Assembly (NCBI GenBank): GCA_964016885.1
Contig: OZ024745.1
Coordinates: 11,036,001 to 11,100,000, forward strand
Length of the DNA: 64,000 nucleotides
Source of the DNA: Eledone cirrhosa
Lineage: Eukaryota
Direction of reading: 5' to 3'
Part shown: positions 1 to 15,078 of the stretch, piece by piece
Position numbering within the stretch: position 1 is the stretch's first letter
Layout of the letters: each line of letters begins with the position of its first letter
The notes under the pieces: model-generated
The model's input: only the letters and a program-made list of their open reading frames with translations
Database searches by the model: none
Told to the model about the DNA's origin: nothing
Made by a program: the position numbers and the translations under genes

Positions 1-3000
1 AGCAGCACCAACTCCAGTATCAATTCCAACTCCAGTAGCAACACCAACTCCAGTACCAGTACCAACTCCAGTACCAACACCAACTCCAGTACCAACACCA
101 ACTCCAGTACCAGCACCAACACCAGTACCAACACCAACAACAGTACCAGCACCAACTCCAGTACCAACACCAACTCCAGTACCAACACCAACTCCAGTAG
201 CAGCACCAACTCCAGTACCAACTCCAACTCCAGTACCAACTCCAACTCCAGTACCAACACCAACTCCAGTACCAACACCAACTCCAGTACCAACTCCAAC
301 TCCAGTACCAACACCAACTCCAGTACCAGCACCAACTCCAGTACCAACACCAACTCCAGTACCAGCACCAACTCAAGTACCAACACCAACTGCAGTACCA
401 ACACCAACTCCAGTACCAACACCAACTCCAGTACCAACTCCAACTCCAGTACCAACACCAACTCCAGTACCAGCACCAACTCCAGTACCAACACCAACTC
501 CAGTACCAGCACCAACTCAAGTACCAACACCAACTGCAGTACCAACACCAACTCCAGTACCAACACCAACTCCAGTACCAACACCAACTCCAGTACCAAC
601 ACCAACTCCAGTACCAACACCAACTCCAGTACCAACACCAACTCCAGTACCAACACCAACTCAAGTACAAACACCAACTCCAGTACCAACACCAACTCCA
701 GTACCAACACCAACTCCAGTACCAACACCAACTCAAGTACAAACACCAACTCCAGTACCAACTCCAACTCCAGTACCAACACCAACTCCAGTACCAACTC
801 CAACTCCAGTACCAACACCAACTCCAGTACCAGCACCAACTCCAGTACCAACACCAACTCCAGTACCAGCACCAACTCAAGTACCAACACCAACTGCAGT
901 ACCAACACCAACTCCAGTACCAACACCAACTCCAGTACCAACACCAACTCCAGTACCAACACCAACTCCAGTACCAACACCAACTCCAGTACCAACACCA
1001 ACTCAAGTACAAACACCAACTCCAGTACCAACACCAACTCCAGTATCAATTCCAACTCCAGTACCAACTCCAACTCCAGTACCAACACCAACTCCAGTAT
1101 CAATTCCAACTCCAGTACCAACTCCAACTCCAGTACCAACACCAACTCCAGTATCAATACCAACTCCAGTACCAACACCAACTCCAGTACCAACACCAAC
1201 TCCAGTATCAATACCAACTCCAGTACCAACACCAACTCCAGTACCAACACCAACTCCAGTACCAACACCAACTCCAGTACCAACACCAACTCCAGTACCA
1301 ACACCAACTCCAGTACCAACTCCAACTCCAGTACCAACTCCAACTCCAGTACCAACACCAACTCCAGTACCAACACCAACTCCAGTATCAATTCCAACTC
1401 CAGTACCAACACCAACTCCAGTACCAACTCCAACTCCAGTACCAACTCCAACTCCAGTACCAACTCCAACTCCAGTACCAACTCCAACTCCAGTACCAAC
1501 ACCAACTCCAGTACCAGCACCAACTCCAGTACCAACACCAACTCCAGTACCAGCACCAACTCAAGTACCAACACCAACTCCAGTACCAACACCAACTCCA
1601 GTACCAACACCAACTCCAGTACCAACACCAACTCCAGTACCAACACCAACTCAAGTACAAACACCAACTCCAGTACCAACACCAACTCCAGTACCAACAC
1701 CAACTCAAGTACAAACACCAACTCCAGTACCAACACCAACTCCAGTATCAATTCCAACTCCAGTACCAACTCCAACTCCAGTACCAACACCAACTCCAGT
1801 ACCAACACCAACTCCAGTACCAACTCCAACTCCAGTATCAATTCCAACTCCAGTACCAACACCAACTCCAGTACCAACACCAACTCCAGTACCAACACCA
1901 ACTCCAGTATCAATTCCAACTCCAGTACCAACACCAACTCCAGTACCAACACCAACTCCAGTACCAACACCAACTCCAGTACCAACACCAACTCCAGTAC
2001 CAACACCAACTCCAGTACCAGCACCAACTCCAGTACCAACTCCAACTCCAGTACCAACACCAACTCCAGTACCAACCCCAACTCCAGTACCAACTCCAAC
2101 TCCAGTACCAACACCAACTCCAGTACCAACACCAACTCCAGTACCAACACCAACTCCAGTACCAACACCAACTCCAGTACCAACACCAACTCCAGTATCA
2201 ATTCCAACTCCAGTACCAACACCAACTCCAGTACCAACACCAACTCCAGTACCAACACCAACTCCAGTACCAACACCAACTCCAGTACCAACACCAACTC
2301 CAGTACCAGCACCAACTCCAGTACCAACTCCAACTCCAGTACCAACACCAACTCCAGTACCAACCCCAACTCCAGTACCAACTCCAACTCCAGTACCAAC
2401 ACCAACTCCAGTACCAACACCAACTCCAGTACCAACACCAACTCCAGTACCAACACCAACTCCAGTACCAACACCAACTCCAGTACCAGCACCAACTCCA
2501 GTACCAACTCCAACTCCAGTACCAACACCAACTCCAGTACCAACCCCAACTCCAGTACCAACTCCAACTCCAGTACCAACACCAACTCCAGTACCAACAC
2601 CAACTCCAGTACCAACACCAACTCCAGTACCAACACCAACTCCAGTACCAGCACCAACTCCAGTACCAACTCCAACTCCAGTACCAACACCAACTCCAGT
2701 ACCAACCCCAACTCCAGTACCAACTCCAACTCCAGTACCAACACCAACTCCAGTACCAACACCAACTCCAGTACCAACACCAACTCCAGTACCAACACCA
2801 ACTCCAGTACCAACACCAACTCCAGTACCAGCACCAACTCCAGTACCAACTCCAACTCCAGTACCAACACCAACTCCAGTACCAACCCCAACTCCAGTAC
2901 CAACTCCAACTCCAGTACCAACACCAACTCCAGTACCAGTACCAACTCCAGTACCAACTCCAACTCCAGTACCAACCCCAACTCCAGTACCAGTACCAAC

Positions 3001-6000
3001 TCCAGTACCAACACCAACTCCAGTACCAACACCAACTCCAGTACCAACACCAACTCCAGTACCAACACCAACTCCAGTACCAACTCCAACTCCAGTACCA
3101 ACACCAACTCCAGTACCAGCACCAACTCCAGTACCAACTCCAACTCCAGTACCAACACCAACTCCAGTACCAACCCCAACTCCAGTACCAACACCAACTC
3201 CAGTACCAATACCAACTCCAGTACCAACACCAACTCCAGTACCAACCCCAACTCCAGTACCAACTCCAACTCCAGTACCAACTCCAACTCCAGTACCAAC
3301 TCCAACTCCAGTACCAACTCCAACTCCAGTACCAACTCCAACTCCAGTACCAACACCAACTCCAGTACCAATACCAACTCCAGTACCAACACCAACTCCA
3401 GTACCAACACCAACTCCAGTACCAACACCAACTCCAGTACCAACACCAACTCCAGTACCAACACCAACTCCAGTACCAACTCCAACTCCAGTACCAACAC
3501 CAACTCCAGTACCAGCACCAACTCCAGTACCAACTCCAACTCCAGTACCAACTCCAACTCCAGTACCAACACCAACTCCAGTACCAACACCAACTCCAGT
3601 ACCAACCCCAACTCCAGTACCAACTCCAACTCCAGTACCAACTCCAACTCCAGTACCAACACCAACTCCAGTACCAACTCCAACTCCAGTACCAACACCA
3701 ACTCCAGTACCAGCACCAACTCCAGTACCAACTCCAACTCCAGTACCAACACCAACTCCAGTACCAACTCCAACTCCAGTACCAACACCAACTCCAGTAC
3801 CAACACCAACTCCAGTACCAACACCAACTCCAGTACCAGCACCAACTCCAGTACCAACTCCAACTCCAGTACCAACTCCAACTCCAGTACCAACACCAAC
3901 TCCAGTACCAGCACCAACTCCAGTACCAACTCCAACTCCAGTACCAACACCAACTCCAGTACCAACCCCAACTCCAGTACCAACTCCAACTCCAGTACCA
4001 ACACCAACTCCAGTACCAATACCAACTCCAGTACCAACACCAACTCCAGTACCAACCCCAACTCCAGTACCAACTCCAACTCCAGTACCAACTCCAACTC
4101 CAGTACCAACACCAACTCCAGTACCAGCACCAACTCCAGTACCAACTCCAACTCCAGTACCAACACCAACTCCAGTACCAACCCCAACTCCAGTACCAAC
4201 TCCAACTCCAGTACCAACACCAACTCCAGTACCAACACCAACTCCAGTACCAACACCAACTCCAGTACCAACTCCAACTCCAGTACCAACACCAACTCCA
4301 GTACCAACTCCAACTCCAGTACCAACTCCAACTCCAGTACCAACACCAACTCCAGTACCAACACCAACTCCAGTACCAACACCAACTCCAGTACCAACAC
4401 CAACTCCAGTACCAACACCAACTCCAGTACCAATACCATCTCCAGTATCAATTCCAACTCCAGTACCAACACCAACTCCAGTACCAACTCCAACTCCAGT
4501 ACCAACACCAACTCCAGTATCAATTCCAACTCCAGTACCAACTCCAACTCAAGTACAAACACCAACTCCAGTACCAACACCAACTCCAGTATCAATTCCA
4601 ACTCCAGTACCAACTCCAACTCCAGTACCAACTCCAACTCCAGTACCAACTCCAACTCCAGTACAGGCACTAACTCCAGTACCAACACCAACTCCAGTAC
4701 CAACTCCAACTCCAGTACCAGCACTAACTCCAGTACCAACACCAACTCCAGTACCAACACCAACTCCAGTACCAACACCAACTCCAGTACCAACTCCAAC
4801 TCCAGTACCAGCACTAACTCCAGTACCAACACCAACTCCAGTACCAACACCAACTCCAGTACCAACACCAACTCCAGTACCAACACCAACAACAGTACCA
4901 ACACCAACTCCAGTACCAGCACCAACTCCAGTACCAACCCCAACTCCAGTACCAGCACCAACTCCAGTACCAACACCAACTCCAGTATCAATTCCAACTC
5001 CAGTACCAACTCCAACTCCAGTACCAACTCCAACTCCAGTATCAATTCCAACTCCAGTACCAACTCCAACTCCAGTACCAACACCAACTCCAGTATCAAT
5101 TCCAACTCCAGTACCAACTCCAACTCCAGTACCAACTCCAACTCCAGTACCAACTCCAACTCCAGTACCAGCACTAACTCCAGTACCAACACCAACTCCA
5201 GTACCAACTCCAACTCCAGTACCAACACCAACTCCAGTACCAACACCAACTCCAGTACCAACTCCAACTCAAGTACAAACACCAACTCCAGTACCAACTC
5301 CAACTCAAGTACAAACACCAACTCCAGTACCAACACCAACTCCAGTACTAACTCCAACTCCAGTACCAACTCCAACTCCAGTACCAACTCCAACTCCAGT
5401 ACCAACACCAACTCCAGTACTAACTCCAACTCCAGTACCAACTCCAACTCCAGTACCAACTCCAACTCAAGTACCAACACCAACTCCAGTACTAACTCCA
5501 ACTCCAGTACCAACACCAACTCCAGTACCAACACCAACTCCAGTACCAACACCAACTCCAGTACCAACACCAACTCCAGTACCAACTCCAACTCCAGTAC
5601 CAACTCCAACTCCAGTACCAACTCCAACTCCAGTACTAACTCCAACTCCAGTACCAACTCCAACTCCAGTACCAACACCAACTCCAGTACCAACACCAAC
5701 TCCAGTACTAACTCCAACTCCAGTACCAACACCAACTCCAGTACCAACACCAACTCCAGTACCAATACCAACTCCAGTACCAACTCCAACTCCAGTACCA
5801 ACTCCAACTCCAGTACCAACTCCAACTCCAGTACCAACTCCAACTCCAGTACCAGCACTAACTCCAGTACCAACACCAACTCCAGTACCAACTCCAACTC
5901 CAGTACCAACACCAACTCCAGTACCAACACCAACTCCAGTACCAACACCAACTCCAGTACCAACACCAACTCCAGTACCAACTCCAACTCCAGTACCAAC

Positions 6001-9000
6001 CCCAACTCCAGTACCAACACCAACTCCAGTACCAACTCCAACTCCAGTACCAACTCCAACTCCAGTACCAACTCCAACTCCAGTACCAACTCCAACTCCA
6101 GTACCAACCCCAACTCCAGTACCAACACCAACTCCAGTACCAACTCCAACTCCAGTACCAACACCAACTCCAGTACCAACACCAACTCCAGTACCAACAC
6201 CAACTCCAGTACCAACACCAACTCCAGTACCAACACCAACTCCAGTACCAACACCAACTCCAGTACCAACTCCAACTCCAGTACCAACTCCAACTCCAGT
6301 ACCAGCACCAAATCCAGTACCAACACCAACTCCAGTACCAACTCCAACTCCAGTACCAACACCAACTCCAGTACCAACACCAACTCCAGTACCAGCACGA
6401 ACTCCAGTACCAACACCAACTCCAGTACCAACACCAACTCCAGTACCAACACCAACTCCAGTACCAACACCAACTCCAGTACCAACTCCAACTCCAGTAC
6501 CAGCACCAAATCCAGTACCAACACCAACTCCAGTACCAACTCCAACTCCAGTACCAACACCAACTCCAGTACCAACACCAACTCCAGTACCAACACCAAC
6601 TCCAGTACCAACACCAACTCCAGTACCAACACCAACTCCAGTACCAACACCAACTCCAGTACCAACACCAACTCCAGTACCAACACCAACTCCAGTACCA
6701 ACACCAACTCCAGTACCAACACCAACTCCAGTACCAGCACCAACTCCAGTACCAACTCCAACTCCAGTACCAACACCAACTCCAGTACCAACCCCAACTC
6801 CAGTACCAACTCCAACTCCAGTACCAACACCAACTCCAGTACCAACACCAACTCCAGTACCAACACCAACTCCAGTACCAACACCAACTCCAGTACCAAC
6901 ACCAACTCCAGTACCAGCACCAACTCCAGTACCAACTCCAACTCCAGTACCAACACCAACTCCAGTACCAACCCCAACTCCAGTACCAACTCCAACTCCA
7001 GTACCAACACCAACTCCAGTACCAGTACCAACTCCAGTACCAACTCCAACTCCAGTACCAACCCCAACTCCAGTACCAGTACCAACTCCAGTACCAACAC
7101 CAACTCCAGTACCAACACCAACTCCAGTACCAACACCAACTCCAGTACCAACACCAACTCCAGTACCAACTCCAACTCCAGTACCAACACCAACTCCAGT
7201 ACCAGCACCAACTCCAGTACCAACTCCAACTCCAGTACCAACACCAACTCCAGTACCAACCCCAACTCCAGTACCAACACCAACTCCAGTACCAATACCA
7301 ACTCCAGTACCAACACCAACTCCAGTACCAACCCCAACTCCAGTACCAACTCCAACTCCAGTACCAACTCCAACTCCAGTACCAACTCCAACTCCAGTAC
7401 CAACTCCAACTCCAGTACCAACTCCAACTCCAGTACCAACACCAACTCCAGTACCAATACCAACTCCAGTACCAACACCAACTCCAGTACCAACACCAAC
7501 TCCAGTACCAACACCAACTCCAGTACCAACACCAACTCCAGTACCAACACCAACTCCAGTACCAACTCCAACTCCAGTACCAACACCAACTCCAGTACCA
7601 GCACCAACTCCAGTACCAACTCCAACTCCAGTACCAACTCCAACTCCAGTACCAACACCAACTCCAGTACCAACACCAACTCCAGTACCAACCCCAACTC
7701 CAGTACCAACTCCAACTCCAGTACCAACTCCAACTCCAGTACCAACACCAACTCCAGTACCAACTCCAACTCCAGTACCAACACCAACTCCAGTACCAGC
7801 ACCAACTCCAGTACCAACTCCAACTCCAGTACCAACACCAACTCCAGTACCAACTCCAACTCCAGTACCAACACCAACTCCAGTACCAACACCAACTCCA
7901 GTACCAACACCAACTCCAGTACCAGCACCAACTCCAGTACCAACTCCAACTCCAGTACCAACTCCAACTCCAGTACCAACACCAACTCCAGTACCAGCAC
8001 CAACTCCAGTACCAACTCCAACTCCAGTACCAACACCAACTCCAGTACCAACCCCAACTCCAGTACCAACTCCAACTCCAGTACCAACACCAACTCCAGT
8101 ACCAATACCAACTCCAGTACCAACACCAACTCCAGTACCAACCCCAACTCCAGTACCAACTCCAACTCCAGTACCAACTCCAACTCCAGTACCAACACCA
8201 ACTCCAGTACCAGCACCAACTCCAGTACCAACTCCAACTCCAGTACCAACACCAACTCCAGTACCAACCCCAACTCCAGTACCAACTCCAACTCCAGTAC
8301 CAACACCAACTCCAGTACCAACACCAACTCCAGTACCAACACCAACTCCAGTACCAACTCCAACTCCAGTACCAACACCAACTCCAGTACCAACTCCAAC
8401 TCCAGTACCAACTCCAACTCCAGTACCAACACCAACTCCAGTACCAACACCAACTCCAGTACCAACACCAACTCCAGTACCAACACCAACTCCAGTACCA
8501 ACACCAACTCCAGTACCAATACCATCTCCAGTATCAATTCCAACTCCAGTACCAACACCAACTCCAGTACCAACTCCAACTCCAGTACCAACACCAACTC
8601 CAGTATCAATTCCAACTCCAGTACCAACTCCAACTCAAGTACAAACACCAACTCCAGTACCAACACCAACTCCAGTATCAATTCCAACTCCAGTACCAAC
8701 TCCAACTCCAGTACCAACTCCAACTCCAGTACCAACTCCAACTCCAGTACAGGCACTAACTCCAGTACCAACACCAACTCCAGTACCAACTCCAACTCCA
8801 GTACCAGCACTAACTCCAGTACCAACACCAACTCCAGTACCAACACCAACTCCAGTACCAACACCAACTCCAGTACCAACTCCAACTCCAGTACCAGCAC
8901 TAACTCCAGTACCAACACCAACTCCAGTACCAACACCAACTCCAGTACCAACACCAACTCCAGTACCAACACCAACAACAGTACCAACACCAACTCCAGT

Positions 9001-12000
9001 ACCAGCACCAACTCCAGTACCAACCCCAACTCCAGTACCAGCACCAACTCCAGTACCAACACCAACTCCAGTATCAATTCCAACTCCAGTACCAACTCCA
9101 ACTCCAGTACCAACTCCAACTCCAGTATCAATTCCAACTCCAGTACCAACTCCAACTCCAGTACCAACACCAACTCCAGTATCAATTCCAACTCCAGTAC
9201 CAACTCCAACTCCAGTACCAACTCCAACTCCAGTACCAACTCCAACTCCAGTACCAGCACTAACTCCAGTACCAACACCAACTCCAGTACCAACTCCAAC
9301 TCCAGTACCAACACCAACTCCAGTACCAACACCAACTCCAGTACCAACTCCAACTCAAGTACAAACACCAACTCCAGTACCAACTCCAACTCAAGTACAA
9401 ACACCAACTCCAGTACCAACACCAACTCCAGTACTAACTCCAACTCCAGTACCAACTCCAACTCCAGTACCAACTCCAACTCCAGTACCAACACCAACTC
9501 CAGTACTAACTCCAACTCCAGTACCAACTCCAACTCCAGTACCAACTCCAACTCAAGTACCAACACCAACTCCAGTACTAACTCCAACTCCAGTACCAAC
9601 ACCAACTCCAGTACCAACACCAACTCCAGTACCAACACCAACTCCAGTACCAACACCAACTCCAGTACCAACTCCAACTCCAGTACCAACTCCAACTCCA
9701 GTACCAACTCCAACTCCAGTACTAACTCCAACTCCAGTACCAACTCCAACTCCAGTACCAACACCAACTCCAGTACCAACACCAACTCCAGTACTAACTC
9801 CAACTCCAGTACCAACACCAACTCCAGTACCAACACCAACTCCAGTACCAATACCAACTCCAGTACCAACTCCAACTCCAGTACCAACTCCAACTCCAGT
9901 ACCAACTCCAACTCCAGTACCAACTCCAACTCCAGTACCAGCACTAACTCCAGTACCAACACCAACTCCAGTACCAACTCCAACTCCAGTACCAACACCA
10001 ACTCCAGTACCAACACCAACTCCAGTACCAACACCAACTCCAGTACCAACACCAACTCCAGTACCAACTCCAACTCCAGTACCAACCCCAACTCCAGTAC
10101 CAACACCAACTCCAGTACCAACTCCAACTCCAGTACCAACTCCAACTCCAGTACCAACTCCAACTCCAGTACCAACTCCAACTCCAGTACCAACCCCAAC
10201 TCCAGTACCAACACCAACTCCAGTACCAACTCCAACTCCAGTACCAACACCAACTCCAGTACCAACACCAACTCCAGTACCAACACCAACTCCAGTACCA
10301 ACACCAACTCCAGTACCAACACCAACTCCAGTACCAACACCAACTCCAGTACCAACTCCAACTCCAGTTTCAACTCCAACTCCAGTACCAGCACCAAATC
10401 CAGTACCAACACCAACTCCAGTACCAACTCCAACTCCAGTACCAACACCAACTCCAGTACCAACACCAACTCCAGTACCAGCACGAACTCCAGTACCAAC
10501 ACCAACTCCAGTACCAACACCAACTCCAGTACCAACACCAACTCCAGTACCAACACCAACTCCAGTACCAACTCCAACTCCAGTACCAGCACCAAATCCA
10601 GTACCAACACCAACTCCAGTACCAACTCCAACTCCAGTACCAACACCAACTCCAGTACCAACACCAACTCCAGTACCAACACCAACTCCAGTACCAACAC
10701 CAACTCCAGTACCAACACCAACTCCAGTACCAACACCAACTCCAGTACCAACACCAACTCCAGTACCAACTCCAACTCCAGTACCAACACCAACTCCAGT
10801 ACCAACTCCAACTCCAGTACCAACACCAACTCCAGTACCAACTCCAACTCCAGTACCAACACCAACTCCAGTACCAACACCAACTCCAGTACCAACACCA
10901 ACTCCACTACCAGCACGAACTCCAGTACCAACACCAACTCCAGTACCAACCCCAACTCCAGTACCAACACCAACTCCAGTACCAACTCCAACTCCAGTAC
11001 CAACACCAACTCCAGTACCAACTCCAACTCCAGTACCAACACCAACTCCAGTACCAACTCCAACTCCAGTACCAACACCAACTCCAGTACCAACACCAAC
11101 TGCAGTACCAACACCAACTCCAGTACCAACACCAACTCCAGTACCAACACCAACTCCAGTACCAATACCAACTCCAGTACCAACTCCAACTCCAGTACCA
11201 ACCCCAACTCCAGTACCAACCCCAACTCCAGTACCAACACCAACTCCAGTACCAACTCCAACTCCAGTACCAACACCAACTCCAGTACCAATACCAACTC
11301 CAGTACCAACTCCAACTCCAGTACCAACCCCAACTCCAGTACCAACCCCAACTCCAGTACCAACACCAACTCCAGTACCAACTCCAACTCCAGTACCAAC
11401 ACCAACTCCAGTACCAATACCAACTCCAGTACCAACTCCAACTCCAGTACCAACCCCAACTCCAGTACCAACTCCAACTCCAGTACCAACACCAACTGCA
11501 GTACCAACACCAACTCCAGTACCAACACCAACTGCAGTACCAACACCAACTCCAGTACCAACACCAACTCCAGTACCAACACCAACTCCAGTACCAACAC
11601 CAACTCCAGTACCAACTCCAACTCCAGTACCAACTCCAACTCCAGTACCAACTCCAACTCCAGTACCAACTCCAACTCCAGTACCAACCCCAACTCCAGT
11701 ACCAACACCAACTCCAGTACCAACACCAACTCCAGTACCAATACCAACTCCAGTACCAACTCCAACTCCAGTACCAACTCCAACTCCAGTACCAACTCCA
11801 ACTCCAGTACCAACTCCAACTCCAGTACCAACCCCAACTCCAGTACCAACACCAACTCCAGTACCAACTCCAACTCCAGTACCAACACCAACTCCAGTAC
11901 CAACACCAACTCCAGTACCAACTCCAACTCCAGTACCAACACCAACTCCAGTACCAACACCAACTCCAGTACCAACTCCAACTCCAGTACCAACTCCAAC

Positions 12001-14972
12001 TCCAGTACCAACACCAACTCCAGTACCAACACCAACTCCAGTACCAACTCCAACTCCGGCACCAACACCAACTCCAGTACCAACACCAACTCCAGTACCA
12101 ACTCCAACTCCAGTACCAACTCCAACTCCAGTACCAACCCCAACTCCAGTACCAACACCAACTGCAGTACCAACACCAACTCCAGTACCAACACCAACTC
12201 CAGTACCAACACCAACTCCAGTACCAATACCAACTCCAGTACCAACTCCAACTCCAGTACCAACCCCAACTCCAGTACCAACCCCAACTCCAGTACCAAC
12301 ACCAACTCCAGTACCAACTCCAACTCCAGTACCAACTCCAACTCCAGTACCAACTCCAACTCCAGTACCAACTCCAACTCCAGTACCAACCCCAACTCCA
12401 GTACCAACACCAACTCCAGTACCAACTCCAACTCCAGTACCAACACCAACTCCAGTACCAACTCCAACTCCAGTACCAACCCCAACTCCAGTACCAACAC
12501 CAACTCCAGTACCAACTCCAACTCCAGTACCAACTCCAACTCCAGTACCAGCACCAAATCCAGTACCAACACCAACTCCAGTACCAACTCCAACTCCAGT
12601 ACCAACACCAACTCCAGTACCAACACCAACTCCAGTACCAGCACGAACTCCAGTACCAACACCAACTCCAGTACCAACACCAACTCCAGTACCAGCACCA
12701 ACTCCAGTACCAGCACGAACTCCAGTACCAACACCAACTCCAGTACCAACACCAACTCCAGTACCAACTCCAACTCAAGTACAAACACCAACTCCAGTAC
12801 CAACACCAACTCCAGTACCAACACCAACTCCAGTACCAACTCCAACTCAAGTACAAACACCAACTCCAGTACCAACACCAACTCCAGTACCAACTCCAAC
12901 TCCAGTACCAACTCCAACTCCAGTACCAATTCCAACTCCAGTACCAACACCAACTCCAGTACCAACTCCAACTCCAGTACCAGCACCAAATCCAGTACCA
13001 ACTCCAACTCCAGTACCAACACCAACTCCAGTACCAGCACCAACTCCAGTACCAACTCCAACTCCAGTACCAGCACCAAATCCAGTACCAACACCAACTC
13101 CAGTACCAGCACCAACTCCAGTACCAACTCCAACTCCAGTACCAACACCAACTCCAGTACCAACCCCAACTCCAGTACCAACTCCAACTCCAGTACCAAC
13201 ACCAACTCCAGTACCAACACCAACTCCAGTACCAACACCAAATCCAGTACCAACACCAACTCCAGTACCAACACCAACTCCAGTACCAACACCAACTCCA
13301 GTATCAATTCCAACTCCAGTACCAACACCAACTCCAGTACCAACTCCAACTCCAGTACCAACTCCAACTCCAGTACCAACACCAACTCCAGTACCAACAC
13401 CAACTCCAGTACCAACACCAACTCCAGTACCAACACCTCCAACTCCAGTACTACACCAACTCCAGTCCAACTCCAACTACCAACCTCCCAACTCCAGTAC
13501 CAAATCCAACTCCAGTACCAACACCAACTCCAGTACCAACACCAACTCCAGTACCAACTACCAACTCCAGTACCACACCAACTCATTCCAACTCCAGTAC
13601 CAACCCCAACTCCAGTACCAACTCCAACTCCAGTACCAACACCAACTCCAGTACCAACACCAACTCCAGTACCAACTCCAACTCCAGTACCAACTCCAAC
13701 TCCAGTACCAACACCAACTCCAGTACCAACACCAACTCCAGTACCAACACCAACTCCAGTACCAACTCCAACTCCAGTACCAACACCAACTCCAGTACCA
13801 ACACCAACTCCAGTACCAACACCAACTCCAGTACCAACACCAACTCCAGTACCAACTCCAACTCCAGTACCAACACCAACTCCAGTACCAACTCCAACTC
13901 CAGTACCAACACCAACTCCAGTACCAGCACCAACTCCAGTACCAACACCAACTCCAGTACCAACACCAACTCCAGTACCAACACCAACTCCAGTACCAAC
14001 ACCAACTCCAGTACCAACTCCAACTCCAGTACCAACACCAACTCCAGTACCAACTCCAACTCCAGTACCAACACCAACTCCAGTACCAGCACCAACTCCA
14101 GTACCAACACCAACTCCAGTACCAACACCAACTCCAGTACCAACTCCAACTCCAGTACCAACTCCAACTCCAGTACCAACACCAACTCCAGTACCAACAC
14201 CAACTCCAGTACCAACACCAACTCCAGTACCAACTCCAACTCCAGTACCAACACCAACTCCAGTACCAACACCAACTCCAGTACCAACACCAACTCCAGT
14301 ACCAACTCCAACTCCAGTACCAACACCAACTCCAGTACCAACTCCAACTCCAGTACCAACACCAACTCCAGTACCAGCACCAACTCCAGTACCAACACCA
14401 ACTCCAGTACCAACACCAACTCCAGTACCAACACCAACTCCAGTACCAACTCCAACTCCAGTACCAACTCCAACTCCAGTACCAACACCAACTCCAGTAC
14501 CAACACCAACTCCAGTACCAGCACCAACTCCAGTACCAACACCAACTCCAGTACCAACACCAACTCCAGTACCAACACCAACTCCAGTACCAACTCCAAC
14601 TCCAGTACCAACACCAACTCCAGTACCAACACCAACTCCAGTACCAACACCAACTCCAGTACCAACTCCAACTCCAGTACCAACTCCAACTCCAGTACCA
14701 ACACCAACTCCAGTACCAACACCAACTCCAGTACCAGCACCAACTCCAGTACCAACACCAACTCCAGTACCAACACCAACTCCAGTACCAACACCAACTC
14801 CAGTACCAACTCCAACTCCAGTACCAACACCAACTCCAGTACCAACACCAACTCCAGTACCAACACCAACTCCAGTACCAACTCCAACTCCAGTACCAAC
14901 TCCAACTCCAGTACCAACACCAACTCCAGTACCAACACCAACTCCAGTACCAGCACCAACTCCAGTACCAAC
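1..14972. repeat. 18-bp minisatellite array, consensus CCAACTCCAGTACCAAC(A/T/C), about 830 units, open at window start
   Basis: Directly visible 18-bp period made of three 6-mers (CCAACT, CCAGTA, CCAACA). Phase is kept until about 13435, with an indel-disrupted patch at about 13435-13590. Confidence 0.99.
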
Positions 14973-14977
14973 CTTAC

Positions 14978-15078
14978 CATCTCCTCATTACAATCTTCAA
15001 TCTCTTCAGTTTTCTTCGTTAACGTCGTCATCAATATCATCATCACTTTCTGAGCAAGTTGTTGTTTCACTTGATCCA
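14978..15078 (-). CDS. Candidate internal exon (101 bp) of an unidentified minus-strand host gene
   Basis: Unique sequence between two repeats, bounded by a canonical acceptor (tgtgaatttcag|TGGATC) and donor (GAGATG|gtaagg). One frame is fully open ([33 protein letters not shown]); another reads [23 protein letters not shown]. No homology recognised. Confidence 0.55.
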
